A DNA stretch of 64,000 nt from a virus: the IMG/VR virus record IMGVR_UViG_3300027659_000009, positions 102,353-166,352 of that record; one strand, given 5' to 3'. Each line of letters opens with the position of its first letter. The first letter of the stretch is position 1. The position numbers and the translations under genes were made by a program. Under the pieces are notes generated by a model. That model did no database searches. It saw nothing but the letters and a program-made list of their open reading frames with translations, and had not been told where the DNA came from. This document shows, one piece after another, positions 47,094-57,651 of the stretch.

Positions 47094-47491
47094 TGAATTT
47101 AGTCTATATTAATAAAATTGGTCAGAACTGGAAGGGGAATTACGTTTACGAGTTCCTATTTTCTGATGTTTTAGAAGATATAGATGGTGACGGTTGGGAT
47201 TCTTATCCTTCATTGGGTAATCCTGAACCACCAGAAGATAGTATCATTAAGAAAAGTGGTTCTTTATTTACTACATTAAAATTAGATTTGGTTAAAGATT
47301 CAGAATCTTTCGCAATGTGGGATGCAGTTGACGGTATAGTCGCTTTGGCTTGGGAAAATATGGAGGGGTATGATGATTATCCTGAAAAAAGATTGTTCTT
47401 TACATTTGGGGAACCCTTATCTTCGGTAGAGAATAAACTATATGAAAAGGATATGGTTTTAAAATATGATAAAGAAATGGTAAATAGTTAA
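47093..47491 (+). CDS. hypothetical
   Basis: Translationally coupled to the upstream gene. Confidence 0.7.
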   Translation: MNLVYINKIGQNWKGNYVYEFLFSDVLEDIDGDGWDSYPSLGNPEPPEDSIIKKSGSLFTTLKLDLVKDSESFAMWDAVDGIVALAWENMEGYDDYPEKRLFFTFGEPLSSVENKLYEKDMVLKYDKEMVNS

Positions 47492-47495
47492 GATT

Positions 47496-48311
47496 ATGGG
47501 TGACAAAATTAGAATTTATGAATCCGAAATAAAAAGGGCAACTAGACGTAAATTAATGGAACGTTATATCGATACTGTTGATGAGGCTGAGGAAATGACT
47601 GTTTATAATCAAGACGAGTTTGATGCATCTTTCGATAAATTAGATAAAGGTACTTACGGTGTTAAAGGCAAAGAAGGTGAAATACGTTCAGTTACTGTTA
47701 ACGAAGATGAAGAATCAGAAAAAAAGAAAGATGATACTATTCGCACCAAAAAATCTCATAGAAGGAAAAATGTGTCAGTTAATCCTAAAATGAAAAAAAA
47801 AGATTTAGTAGAGTACATTAATTCTAAAAGTAGTGTTAATGAGACTCCCGATAATCAAGGTGAAAGACAATACTTTGTTATAAGAGAAATGCCTGCAGCA
47901 GATAAAGTAAAAATATTTAAATATTTAGAATCCCTTAGAAATAGTGGTTTGATAAATATGTATGGGGCTTCTCCATTATTAAATTGGACTGAGGATGATT
48001 TACAAAGATGGTTATATGGGTTGAAAAAGGACCCAGATTCTTTAAGAGATGAAATAGAAGGGAATGATGATTACGATGAGGATGACGAAGATTATGTGAA
48101 TAGTGATGTCACCCTATTAGAAGAACAATTAAAAGAAATTGAGTATCTTTTGGAACATAAACAAGAAATTAGAGACATTTTGGTAAGGGCTGCTATGACA
48201 AGAATTGAAAATAGTGGTGGTGGAGACTTTGAACTCAGTAAAGTACAAAGAGTATTCGAAAAAATGGCTAGTGAGTCTTTCAAAATGTGGGTAAGTACTG
48301 TATACGGTTAA
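47496..48311 (+). CDS. leader-bearing hypothetical
   Basis: KIRIYESEIKRATRRKLME; YLESLRNSGLINMYGASP.L motif. Confidence 0.7.
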   Translation: MGDKIRIYESEIKRATRRKLMERYIDTVDEAEEMTVYNQDEFDASFDKLDKGTYGVKGKEGEIRSVTVNEDEESEKKKDDTIRTKKSHRRKNVSVNPKMKKKDLVEYINSKSSVNETPDNQGERQYFVIREMPAADKVKIFKYLESLRNSGLINMYGASPLLNWTEDDLQRWLYGLKKDPDSLRDEIEGNDDYDEDDEDYVNSDVTLLEEQLKEIEYLLEHKQEIRDILVRAAMTRIENSGGGDFELSKVQRVFEKMASESFKMWVSTVYG

Positions 48312-48325
48312 AAAATAAATTAGAT

Positions 48326-49750
48326 ATGAGAAGAAAAAATATTATTAACGAAGTAACTAATAGAGTTATAAAAGAAAAATATAGACTTAAAAAATTGATT
48401 GAGGCTATTGAATACGATCCTGAACACCCAGAAAGGATGAATCCAGATTTAGAGGGTAGACTTAGAAGTGGTGAACATTTATTCGGTAAGAGTAAATCTA
48501 TACCTGTGGGTTCTGAGGCTCAGAATTATTCTGAAAAATTGGCAGGAAAAAGGTTTAAAGAAATAGTTAACAAAGTTAAAAGATATCACGGTGTTAGAAA
48601 TATAACACCTAACATGATGCAAACGATGTTCCAAATAATGGGAGAGATTAGTCAAATTGAGACTAGACATAAAGAGGCATTAGAACAATTGGCAGTTGAT
48701 ATAGTATCAGAGGAGTTTGATATCCCTGATCAAATGTTAGAGGCAACTTTAACACCTCCAGGTTCTGAATTAAGTATTGAATCTGATGAAGAGGAAGAGG
48801 AAGATGAGGATGGTGGATTTGAGGTACCTAAAAAACCTAAAAGTGCTCAACGTATGGAAGAGTTAGAAATGGAGGTTGATAAAAGGAGAGTCATTAACGC
48901 ACTTATGCAAGGTGCCGCTAAAAAGGGACACTACATTTTCCATATGGTTGCGGATGAGTTAGATGCTTTAGACCCTAGATTAATGGGACTATATGGTAAA
49001 CTTATGTCATTAGCAGATTTCCAATATTGGATTATACCTGACAGTGTTATGGGTGGACAAGTAGGTGGAGTTGAAAAAATTGAATGGAGAAAGGCAGAAA
49101 AACCTGAAGACAAAGATGAAGAAAATGATATGGAAAGAATCGATGTTGAAGAAGGTGATGATATTCCAGTTGTAGTTGCTAAGGCTTGGATTTTCCCATT
49201 ATTAGTACACGAATTAATTAAAGGTACATTAGAATTATCTGCAATTAACTGGGCTGACGATCATTTAGATTTTGAAGAACAAAAAGAAGTTATTGAAAAG
49301 GCAGATACACCAGAAGGTGAGATATGGGGAATGAGATTAGGTCCTGGTATGTGGGAGAAATTTTTAGAGTGTATCGATTCTGAAAACTATGATATTAAAC
49401 AATGGTTATTTAGAGAATTAACTAAGTTACCCGCAACACAATTTCACGAATTTATGAAAGAAATATTAAGTGGAAGTCAGAGATGTAAAGAGGTTGTAGA
49501 TACATTAAAAGATTTACATAAGGGTGATAGTAGTGATAGTATAGAAGATATGTTTAACGACACAGGATACGATGATATGGGTGATATATTAGACAATTTA
49601 GGTGAAGAACCCAAAGAAGATGATATGGAGATTAAGAATGATGAAGTTGACTATTCTAAAATGTCTAAGAATGAGTTGATGAAATTAATCGATGATGCAT
49701 TGGATAACGGAGACTTCAAAACAGTGGAGGAACTTCACAAATACGTTTAA
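48326..49750 (+). CDS. acidic leader-bearing protein with C-terminal IDEAL/UVR-like motif
   Basis: NIINEVTNRVIKE; ELMKLIDDALDNGDFKTVEEL. Confidence 0.7.
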   Translation: MRRKNIINEVTNRVIKEKYRLKKLIEAIEYDPEHPERMNPDLEGRLRSGEHLFGKSKSIPVGSEAQNYSEKLAGKRFKEIVNKVKRYHGVRNITPNMMQTMFQIMGEISQIETRHKEALEQLAVDIVSEEFDIPDQMLEATLTPPGSELSIESDEEEEEDEDGGFEVPKKPKSAQRMEELEMEVDKRRVINALMQGAAKKGHYIFHMVADELDALDPRLMGLYGKLMSLADFQYWIIPDSVMGGQVGGVEKIEWRKAEKPEDKDEENDMERIDVEEGDDIPVVVAKAWIFPLLVHELIKGTLELSAINWADDHLDFEEQKEVIEKADTPEGEIWGMRLGPGMWEKFLECIDSENYDIKQWLFRELTKLPATQFHEFMKEILSGSQRCKEVVDTLKDLHKGDSSDSIEDMFNDTGYDDMGDILDNLGEEPKEDDMEIKNDEVDYSKMSKNELMKLIDDALDNGDFKTVEELHKYV

Positions 49751-49772
49751 TCTATAACATTATAAAAATTAA

Positions 49773-49798
49773 GATCCCATCAAAAGTGGGATTTTTTT
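49773..49798 (+). terminator. intrinsic terminator
   Basis: ATCCCA...TGGGAT stem plus T run. Confidence 0.65.
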
Positions 49799-49829
49799 AT
49801 TTATTACCAATATTTATTAATAAATAATA

Positions 49830-50846
49830 GTGATGATAAATCAAAGGGTACAAAACGCAATAAATAAAATCACTGAAAAAAAATACGGTGATCTTGAAGA
49901 ATATATTGAGGTAATTGAATATATTAAAGAGTTATTACAATTAAGTTATACTGAGGTAATTGAGGGTGTGTTTACTTACATAATGAATCAAGGTCAAAAC
50001 CCTATTGATGAAGTTGATATAGAATTGGAGTATTATGTGGATAATGAAGATGCGTTCTCAATCCTAACAAATATTGGTTGGTTCGACAAATATCTTAAAG
50101 ATAATAAGGCTTTCTATTCGGATTTTGGAGATATAATTAAATCGGGTGATAGGATTTATATGTTTTGTGGTGATTGGAAGGATTTAAGTGATTTATTTAT
50201 ATCTAGTGACAAAAATTTAGTTGAGGATATATTGGATTCTGATTGGTCAGAAATATTCGGTGATTTCGATATTAGTTTTAAAAATGATGTAACTGAAGTA
50301 TTAAGTGATGAGGCAATAAACCATATAAAAGAACACATCAAAGAAAATAATTTCATTGGTAATGAGATAAATACGTTAGATGATGAGTACGGAGATGTTT
50401 TAACTGAGGAATTATTAGAAGATAAAAACACACTTTTTAATTTGATAGACGAAGAACAAATGTTTGATGACTTAAAAATTGAATTAAAAAATATGTATAG
50501 ATGGTCTTATAATAGTGCCTCTGAGGGTGAACTGTTTAATAGTATAAAAGAAACAATAACATCGTTTTTAGGTTCAGATGGTGAGTGGGATGAGATTAAA
50601 AAAGGTGAAAAAGTGGGTCATATATTAAAATTTGATGTCACTGATATATTTTACACATATTTAAAACTGTATGTTGAGTCCACAGGTAAATTTCCTGGTG
50701 ATAACGCAAACTATTTTTTAGAAGTTTTAGATGAGGTTTTGATTGAACAAGGTAATGAATTGACTGGACCGTATATTGATAATTTTTATCCTGACAGTAG
50801 AAAGGTTGAAGAGGATATGACTGATCATGTAATTTCTAATATATAA
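49830..50846 (+). CDS. highly acidic hypothetical
   Basis: D/E-rich; loosely similar to the 22306 gene. Confidence 0.7.
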   Translation: MMINQRVQNAINKITEKKYGDLEEYIEVIEYIKELLQLSYTEVIEGVFTYIMNQGQNPIDEVDIELEYYVDNEDAFSILTNIGWFDKYLKDNKAFYSDFGDIIKSGDRIYMFCGDWKDLSDLFISSDKNLVEDILDSDWSEIFGDFDISFKNDVTEVLSDEAINHIKEHIKENNFIGNEINTLDDEYGDVLTEELLEDKNTLFNLIDEEQMFDDLKIELKNMYRWSYNSASEGELFNSIKETITSFLGSDGEWDEIKKGEKVGHILKFDVTDIFYTYLKLYVESTGKFPGDNANYFLEVLDEVLIEQGNELTGPYIDNFYPDSRKVEEDMTDHVISNI

Positions 50847-51694
50847 TGAAAGTAATAATTAATAATAGACAACATTTACTTTTGGTTGAGGATAACCAAA
50901 GGTGGGATAGATTTATAGAATATTTTAAAAATAATACTATTAATAAAAATACTGAAGAATGGTTAAATGATTTTTTTAGTACGTTTGGTTTAGATAAAGA
51001 AATTCTATTAAATAATGAAACATTTTATAATATATTTTTAGATTTTTTTAGAGAAAATGTTAATTACCATAGTAATAAACTTATGGAATATGGGGAAAAG
51101 ATTACAGAAATATTTGATTTAATTAGTGAAAAAGAATCTAAACGAATTTTAAGTAGTAAAAGTAATCCATTAGAAAAAATAAAACAGTTAATAAAATTAG
51201 AGATTAAGTTCCCTTGGAAATACGACATCAATAAAGGTTTTACATCTATTATTGATAATTTGGTATATGATGCAGTAGAATACGCAGTTAAAAATTATAA
51301 CCCCATTGATGCAATAACACAATTATCTATTATAAAAGATAATGTGTGGAACGAGAGGAGGGAGATTCTGGTACCATTAGTTAAGGACTTTGCCACTAAA
51401 AATGGTATTACTTTAATACCAAAACACGCAGGTATTACATTCCAAAAAGGTGATGAATCAAGAATTAGAGATTTAATAAATTATATTAAAGATGTGACAA
51501 TCTCACCTAAAAAAACTAAAAGAGGTTTTTTAAATCATATAGGACAAACTGAAAGTGGTGGACAACTTTCTACTTTTTGGAGTGCAGCCAATCAATCTGG
51601 TATCATACAAAAAGTAGGTGGTGGTAATAATGTAACATATGAATTAGGTCCGAACTATAAAGATTGGGAAGAAGGTAAAGTAGTAGCGTTTTAA
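50846..51694 (+). CDS. leader-bearing hypothetical, possible C-terminal winged helix
   Basis: MKVIINNRQHLLLVE; STFWSAANQSGIIQKV...YELGPN. Confidence 0.65.
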   Translation: MKVIINNRQHLLLVEDNQRWDRFIEYFKNNTINKNTEEWLNDFFSTFGLDKEILLNNETFYNIFLDFFRENVNYHSNKLMEYGEKITEIFDLISEKESKRILSSKSNPLEKIKQLIKLEIKFPWKYDINKGFTSIIDNLVYDAVEYAVKNYNPIDAITQLSIIKDNVWNERREILVPLVKDFATKNGITLIPKHAGITFQKGDESRIRDLINYIKDVTISPKKTKRGFLNHIGQTESGGQLSTFWSAANQSGIIQKVGGGNNVTYELGPNYKDWEEGKVVAF

Positions 51695-51705
51695 ATTAAA
51701 AATAT

Positions 51706-53502
51706 ATGGATAGAGGAGAACAACTAAAAATATTCGCACGTTGTTTAGGAGAACCAATTTATGCAATCGAAACTTTTTTAAAGACATTCGATTTAACTCA
51801 AGAAGGTATGGTACCTTTTAAATTGTTTCATAAACAAAAAGAAATTATAAAATCTTACGAAAAATATAATCGTAATTTAGTAACCAAACCTAGGCAGGCA
51901 GGTGTATCGACTACCACCGCAGCCTTTATTGCGGTTAAAACTGCGTTTGGTGATCCAGATAGTCCACATAAAGTATTGATATTAGCCAACAAACAAACGT
52001 TGGCACAAGAGTTCTTAAAAAAAATAAAGGAATTTCTCGATCAAATACCTTATTGGGTGTGGGGATTAGATGAGGGTACTGATTATTTAGAAATTAATTC
52101 TAAAGGACATATAAAATTAAAATCTAACGGTTGTGAAATTAGGGCGTTAGCGACATCAAAAGATGCTTTAAGAGGTTTTACTCCAACATTCCTAGTTATG
52201 GATGAGGCAGCCTTTATCGATAATGGTGCGGATGTGTTTGCCGCAGCAATAGCGTCTTTAGGTACAGGTGGTAAGATTGCACTGATATCGACACCAAATG
52301 GTATGGATCCACTATATTATAAAACTTATGATGGTGCAAAAAATAAAGAAAACAACTTCAATGTAGTTGAAATGAAGTGGTATCAGGATGTTAGATACAA
52401 CAGAGGATTATTTTGGGTTAGGGGTGAAAATGAAAAGATAGAATGTAAAACTTTAACTAGGACTAAATTGAGGTGGGAATATTTAGATAATATATATGAA
52501 ACCGATGAATCTACCATAGAAGATTATGAAGTTATGATAAAGGAGGGATGGAAACCTTTATCCCCTTGGTACGAAGAGATGTCAGCGGATATGGGTGATC
52601 CAAAAAAGATTGCACAAGAACTCGATGTATCATTTATTGGTTCAGGGGGTAACGTTATAGATGATGAATTTATTTCATATCATGAGGAAAATTTTGTTAA
52701 AGACCCTGAATTCTCCGCAGAATTAGAAAAGGCTATGTGGATATGGAAGAAACCTGAGGTAGGTCATAAATATATTATGGGTGTAGACGTTAGTAGGGGT
52801 GACGGTAAAGATAGTTCCACAATAGTTATTTTAGATTTTGATAATTTAGAACAAGTTGCGGAATTTAAATATAAACTACCTCCAGATATGTTGGCAGAAG
52901 TGGTTTTTAAATATGGTAATATGTATAGTGCCTATACGATAGTAGATATCACAGGTGGAATGGGTGTTGCAACAGTTTTAAAACTGTTAGAGATGGAATA
53001 TAACTTCTTACACTACGATGACCCTAAAAGTAGAAAATTGTCTGAAAAATACGCTAAAACTAAATATACAGAGGGTGATAAAGTTCCTGGATTTAGTGTA
53101 GGTAATACCAGACTACAATTAGTTTCTGAATTTGAGGAACATATTAGAGAAAATAAAACAATAATACGATCACATCGTTTAATTTCTGAGTTGAGGACTT
53201 TTGTTTATAAAAATGGTAGACCCGATCATATGGAGGGTTATCATGATGACATAATAATGGCATACGCTATGTGTATCTTTATAGTACAAACATCATTCAA
53301 AAAATTAGAGATGGTTGAAAAACAAACTAAGGCTATGTTAGAGAGTTGGGTAAACGTTAATAGTAAAACAGTTACCCCATTATTGGATGATCAGAAATAT
53401 GTAAATCCATTCTATACTAACACACCAACTTATCACCCTAAACAAGGGAATGATAGTAATAACGACAATGGTGACTACAATTGGTTGTTTGGTATAAGAT
53501 AG
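51706..53502 (+). CDS. terL: terminase large subunit (T4 gp17-like)
   Basis: KPRQAGVST Walker A, LVMDEAAF Walker B, ISTPNG, GVDVSRG, HDD.IMA. Confidence 0.95.
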   Translation: MDRGEQLKIFARCLGEPIYAIETFLKTFDLTQEGMVPFKLFHKQKEIIKSYEKYNRNLVTKPRQAGVSTTTAAFIAVKTAFGDPDSPHKVLILANKQTLAQEFLKKIKEFLDQIPYWVWGLDEGTDYLEINSKGHIKLKSNGCEIRALATSKDALRGFTPTFLVMDEAAFIDNGADVFAAAIASLGTGGKIALISTPNGMDPLYYKTYDGAKNKENNFNVVEMKWYQDVRYNRGLFWVRGENEKIECKTLTRTKLRWEYLDNIYETDESTIEDYEVMIKEGWKPLSPWYEEMSADMGDPKKIAQELDVSFIGSGGNVIDDEFISYHEENFVKDPEFSAELEKAMWIWKKPEVGHKYIMGVDVSRGDGKDSSTIVILDFDNLEQVAEFKYKLPPDMLAEVVFKYGNMYSAYTIVDITGGMGVATVLKLLEMEYNFLHYDDPKSRKLSEKYAKTKYTEGDKVPGFSVGNTRLQLVSEFEEHIRENKTIIRSHRLISELRTFVYKNGRPDHMEGYHDDIIMAYAMCIFIVQTSFKKLEMVEKQTKAMLESWVNVNSKTVTPLLDDQKYVNPFYTNTPTYHPKQGNDSNNDNGDYNWLFGIR

Positions 53503-53555
53503 TATTTAGTTTTTTTCGATATTTATTATAATAGTAATAAAGTATAAAGATAAAA

Positions 53556-55457
53556 ATGGCTAAAAAAACGATATTTCAACAGTTAAATGATTTATTCGGT
53601 CCTGAAGTAAAAAGGGCAGAAAATAAATCTAGATATTCTATTAATGATAAGGAACTCCTTAAAACTAAATCTAAGGAAGATTTTGAATTCGAAAAACTTA
53701 AAAGACAACAAGATTCCTATTTGTCAAATATGTGGCAAAAAGTTGATAATGAAATATATCAACACTCCATATATTATGAAACAACAAGGTTAGCATCTTA
53801 TGCGGATTTTGAGGGTATGGAATTTTTCCCAGAAATTGCAGCAGCATTAGATATTATGATGGAGGAGTCAACAACTTTAAATTCGGAAAATAAAGTTTTA
53901 AATATTTTTTCTGAGAGTAGAAGAGTTAGAAGGATATTAGAAGATTTATTTTTCAATAGATTAGATATTCATACCTCATTACCAATGTGGACAAGAAACA
54001 CTTGTAAATACGGTGATAATTTTTTATTCTTAAATATCGATAGTGATGAAGGTATAACAGGTGTTAAACAACTACCTAACATTGAAATTAGTAGAAAGGA
54101 AAATGAGGGGTTTGGTGATAGTTCTAATGTTTCAGATACAGATAAATTTAACCCAGTTACGTTTATTTGGGGTCAGAGAGACATAGAATTTAACGCTTGG
54201 CAAATTGCCCATTTTAGATTATTAGGTGATGATAGAAGATTACCTTATGGGACATCTATGTTAGAAAAGGCAAGAAGGATATGGAAACAATTATTATTAT
54301 CTGAGGATGCGATGTTAATATATAGAGTAACTAGGGCACCCGAAAGAAGGATATTCAAAATATATGTAGGTAATATTGACGAAAAGGATGTACCTGCCTA
54401 TGTTAATAAAATTGCAGATAACTTTAAAAGGAGTCCAGTAATCGATCAAAAAACAGGACAGATAGACACTAGATACAATCAAATGGCACAAGATCAAGAT
54501 TACTTTATCCCTGTTAGAGATCCAAACGCACCGAGTCCAATAGATACATTGGCGGGGGCAACAAACCTATCTGAGATTGCGGATATACAATATCTTCAAA
54601 AAAAATTATTTACTGCACTTAGAGTACCTAAACCTTTCTTAGGTTTTGAGGAGGCGAATGGTGATGGTAAAAATTTAGCACTACAGGATATTAGATTTGC
54701 TAGAACTATCAATAGAATACAACAGTCAATTATACAAGAACTTAATAAAATTGCGATTGTACATTTATATATTTTAGGTTTAGAGGATGAATTAGAAAAT
54801 TTCACACTTTCACTTAATAACCCATCTACACAGGCTGAGATGTTGAAGGTTGAACAAACTCAATTAAAAGTAACATTGTATAAGGATTCTGTAGCGGACG
54901 CAGGTAATGGGTTTGGTGCAATGTCTATGACTAGAGCCAAAAAAGAAATATTGGGTATGTCTGAAGAAGAGATAAGAAATGACTTAGAACAACAAAGATT
55001 AGAAAAAGCGGCAGCGGCAGAAATGGAACAAACCGCAGAGGTTATTAAGAAAACAGGATTATTTGACAGAGTCGATAAACTATATGGTGACTTTGACGCA
55101 TTATTATCAGGTGCAGGTGAAGCCGAAGCAGGTGCAGGTGGTGACGCAGGTGCGGCAGGTGGAGATATGGGTGCAGGTGGAGATATGGGTGCTGCAGCAG
55201 AACCAGCGGCAGAACCAGCGGCAGAACCAGCAACCACAGAATCTTTTAGAAAAGATGGTACTTTATTGACTGAGGAAAAAAGAAGAATATATGAAGAAAA
55301 AACTAAAAGATATCAAGGAATTTATTTAAGGAGACTTACTGAAAGTTTAAAGAATAATGAACACGTTTATAATTTAGACTCTGTTGAGAAGGATACTGAT
55401 ATATTAAATTCTAAGATCAGTGAAATGACTAAAGAAATAGATAAATTAACTAAATAA
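53556..55457 (+). CDS. portal protein (T4 gp20-like)
   Basis: PEIAAALDI, EDAMLIYRVTRAPERRIF.I.VGN, QDYFIP.R, IDTLAG, YLQKKLF.ALRVP. Confidence 0.95.
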   Translation: MAKKTIFQQLNDLFGPEVKRAENKSRYSINDKELLKTKSKEDFEFEKLKRQQDSYLSNMWQKVDNEIYQHSIYYETTRLASYADFEGMEFFPEIAAALDIMMEESTTLNSENKVLNIFSESRRVRRILEDLFFNRLDIHTSLPMWTRNTCKYGDNFLFLNIDSDEGITGVKQLPNIEISRKENEGFGDSSNVSDTDKFNPVTFIWGQRDIEFNAWQIAHFRLLGDDRRLPYGTSMLEKARRIWKQLLLSEDAMLIYRVTRAPERRIFKIYVGNIDEKDVPAYVNKIADNFKRSPVIDQKTGQIDTRYNQMAQDQDYFIPVRDPNAPSPIDTLAGATNLSEIADIQYLQKKLFTALRVPKPFLGFEEANGDGKNLALQDIRFARTINRIQQSIIQELNKIAIVHLYILGLEDELENFTLSLNNPSTQAEMLKVEQTQLKVTLYKDSVADAGNGFGAMSMTRAKKEILGMSEEEIRNDLEQQRLEKAAAAEMEQTAEVIKKTGLFDRVDKLYGDFDALLSGAGEAEAGAGGDAGAAGGDMGAGGDMGAAAEPAAEPAAEPATTESFRKDGTLLTEEKRRIYEEKTKRYQGIYLRRLTESLKNNEHVYNLDSVEKDTDILNSKISEMTKEIDKLTK

Positions 55458-55499
55458 GTTTTTTTATAAAAGTTTTATATTTATTATATAAACTAACAC

Positions 55500-56267
55500 A
55501 TGAAAAATTTTGGTAATATAAAGGACACTTTTAAACAATTGATAATTGAGTCCATCATTAGTAAAGATGATAAGGGTAAAAAATTGTTTAATAAGTTTCT
55601 AAAAACTGTCGGTGAAAACAAAACATTAAAAGAACAGTATTTAATATATAGTAATTTACAAAACAGAAAGTTTGATGACTATTCTGAGGCTAAGGATTAT
55701 ATTAAAGAAAATATAGGTTTATTAAAATCATTAAATAAAAACCATATTGATAGTGGTAATGAATATTTTTCTAAATTACTTAAAGGAGTAACTTTAGTTA
55801 AAGAAAATCAATCGTTCTATAACGATATCGATTTTTTAATGAAAACCGAAAAAAATGCAACAAACATAGATAAAATACAAGAGTCTATTAATAACATTAC
55901 TAAACGAATGTTAGAAAAAGATGGGGAAGAAACTGTAGTAACTGAATCAATAGGTTTACCACCTAGTATGTTTGCCAATATTTTAGTTTCTAAATTCAAC
56001 TCAAAATATTCTGAAATAAACGAAACAGAAAGAGAAATTATAAAAACAGTTTTAAATGGTAATAAGGATGAAAAGAAATCTTTATTTGAATCTGTGAAAA
56101 GGGAATGTATTGACAATATAGATAAAAAATTAAATGAATCATCAGATGTCGAAATAAAAGATAAGTTATTAAAAGTAAAAGATAAATTATTAAATACTAA
56201 CTTTGAATACGAAAATTTCAACTCACAGATAGGTAAAATTTACAACTTAAAAGAATCGATAGATTAA
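55500..56267 (+). CDS. head-module hypothetical (putative prohead core protein)
   Basis: Between portal and protease; late motif at 55477; IIE/S, VTE/S and LNE/S sites. Confidence 0.6.
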   Translation: MKNFGNIKDTFKQLIIESIISKDDKGKKLFNKFLKTVGENKTLKEQYLIYSNLQNRKFDDYSEAKDYIKENIGLLKSLNKNHIDSGNEYFSKLLKGVTLVKENQSFYNDIDFLMKTEKNATNIDKIQESINNITKRMLEKDGEETVVTESIGLPPSMFANILVSKFNSKYSEINETEREIIKTVLNGNKDEKKSLFESVKRECIDNIDKKLNESSDVEIKDKLLKVKDKLLNTNFEYENFNSQIGKIYNLKESID

Positions 56268-56272
56268 AAATG

Positions 56273-56297
56273 AACCCCTCCGAAAGAGGGGTTTTTT
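56273..56297 (+). terminator. intrinsic terminator
   Basis: AACCCCTC-CGAAA-GAGGGGTT plus T run. Confidence 0.85.
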
Positions 56298-56378
56298 ATT
56301 TATGGAATTTGACTAATCACTATTTTAATAGTATAATTATAAAAACTTTAAAATAACAAAAAATGAAAAATTTTATGA

Positions 56379-56816
56379 ATGAAATTAGGAAAAGAAATCA
56401 AATTAGATTTATTAGGAAACTATAAAACAAAAATCGGCACCGTTAATAATAAAGAATCAAAAAGTTTATATTTAAACTTATGTGCGTGGGGGGAGTTAAA
56501 AGAAGATTATGAGAATTTTAACTACGAATTTTTCTTAAGTAATGTAAGAAAAAAAATAAAACAAAAAATTAATGATACAATCAACAAAGAATTATTTTAC
56601 GAAAATAAATATATAGTTGATTTAGATATGAGAACTTCAGGATTAAATATAAATAAAAGAAGTTTTATGTCTTGTGAGATAACATTATATCAAAAAAAAT
56701 ATTTACCCATTAATAAAATTAATATAGTAGAAAACACTAAAAAAATTATCTACGATGTGGTAAATGAATGTCTAGAAAATAATTCAGTTTTTACTTTCCA
56801 TAAATCTAAAAAGTAA
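56379..56816 (+). CDS. hypothetical
   Basis: TTGACT-N17-TATAAT at 56309-56337. Confidence 0.7.
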   Translation: MKLGKEIKLDLLGNYKTKIGTVNNKESKSLYLNLCAWGELKEDYENFNYEFFLSNVRKKIKQKINDTINKELFYENKYIVDLDMRTSGLNINKRSFMSCEITLYQKKYLPINKINIVENTKKIIYDVVNECLENNSVFTFHKSKK

Positions 56817-56861
56817 TTTTTTAACACAGTGGTATATTTATAATAAAAGTATAACACTGTT

Positions 56862-57551
56862 ATGGAAATTATAAAAAAAAACGAAATAGATAAAAAAGGT
56901 ATTCTAGTCGAATATGACGCAGGATACATTTCCCCAAAAGATAATAGACATTTCGTTAATGAGATGTCAAACTTAACCAAAGGTCAACCTATTATAGAAG
57001 AACCTTTGGTTGTTTATGCCGTATTACAAAAGTATGGTGTAGAAAATAGGAATGGTAGAGTTTACCCTGAGGCAATCTTAAGGAGAGAGTCTGAGAACTA
57101 TTTAAAACTAATCAAAGAGAAAAGGGCATTAGGTGAGGCAGATCACCCAGAATCATCTATAGTTGCAGTAAGTAGAATTTCCCATAACATCGTAGACTTA
57201 TGGTGGGAAGGTAATGTACTTATGGGTAAGTTAGAAATTATAATGTCACCAGGATTTGTTAATCAAGGTATTATTTCTTGTGAAGGTGATAGAGTTGCCA
57301 ATTACATTAGAAAAGGTTTAAAGATTGGTGTATCATCTAGAGGTGTAGGTTCTTTAGAAAAAGAGGGTGGTAAAAATATCGTACAAGATGACTTCGAATT
57401 AATTTGTTGGGATATAGTTACATCCCCATCGACTCCTGGTTCTTGGATTTATAGTAAGGAACCTTCAGTAGAACAACAAATGTCTGAATCTAAAATTAAA
57501 AATGAAGATAAACTTTTAAAAGACTCTTTAAATAATTTTTTACTAGATTAA
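56862..57551 (+). CDS. prohead protease (T4 gp21-like)
   Basis: NRNGRVYP, ALGEADHP, GVSSRGVGS, DIVTSPS. Confidence 0.95.
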   Translation: MEIIKKNEIDKKGILVEYDAGYISPKDNRHFVNEMSNLTKGQPIIEEPLVVYAVLQKYGVENRNGRVYPEAILRRESENYLKLIKEKRALGEADHPESSIVAVSRISHNIVDLWWEGNVLMGKLEIIMSPGFVNQGIISCEGDRVANYIRKGLKIGVSSRGVGSLEKEGGKNIVQDDFELICWDIVTSPSTPGSWIYSKEPSVEQQMSESKIKNEDKLLKDSLNNFLLD

Positions 57552-57651
57552 TAAAAAAATAACACTTTTTAAAAGTATTGTATATTTATTAAGAAATGCA
57601 AAATATTTTGCGTTATTTAATAATAAATAAAAAAAGAAAAAAAAAGAAAAA

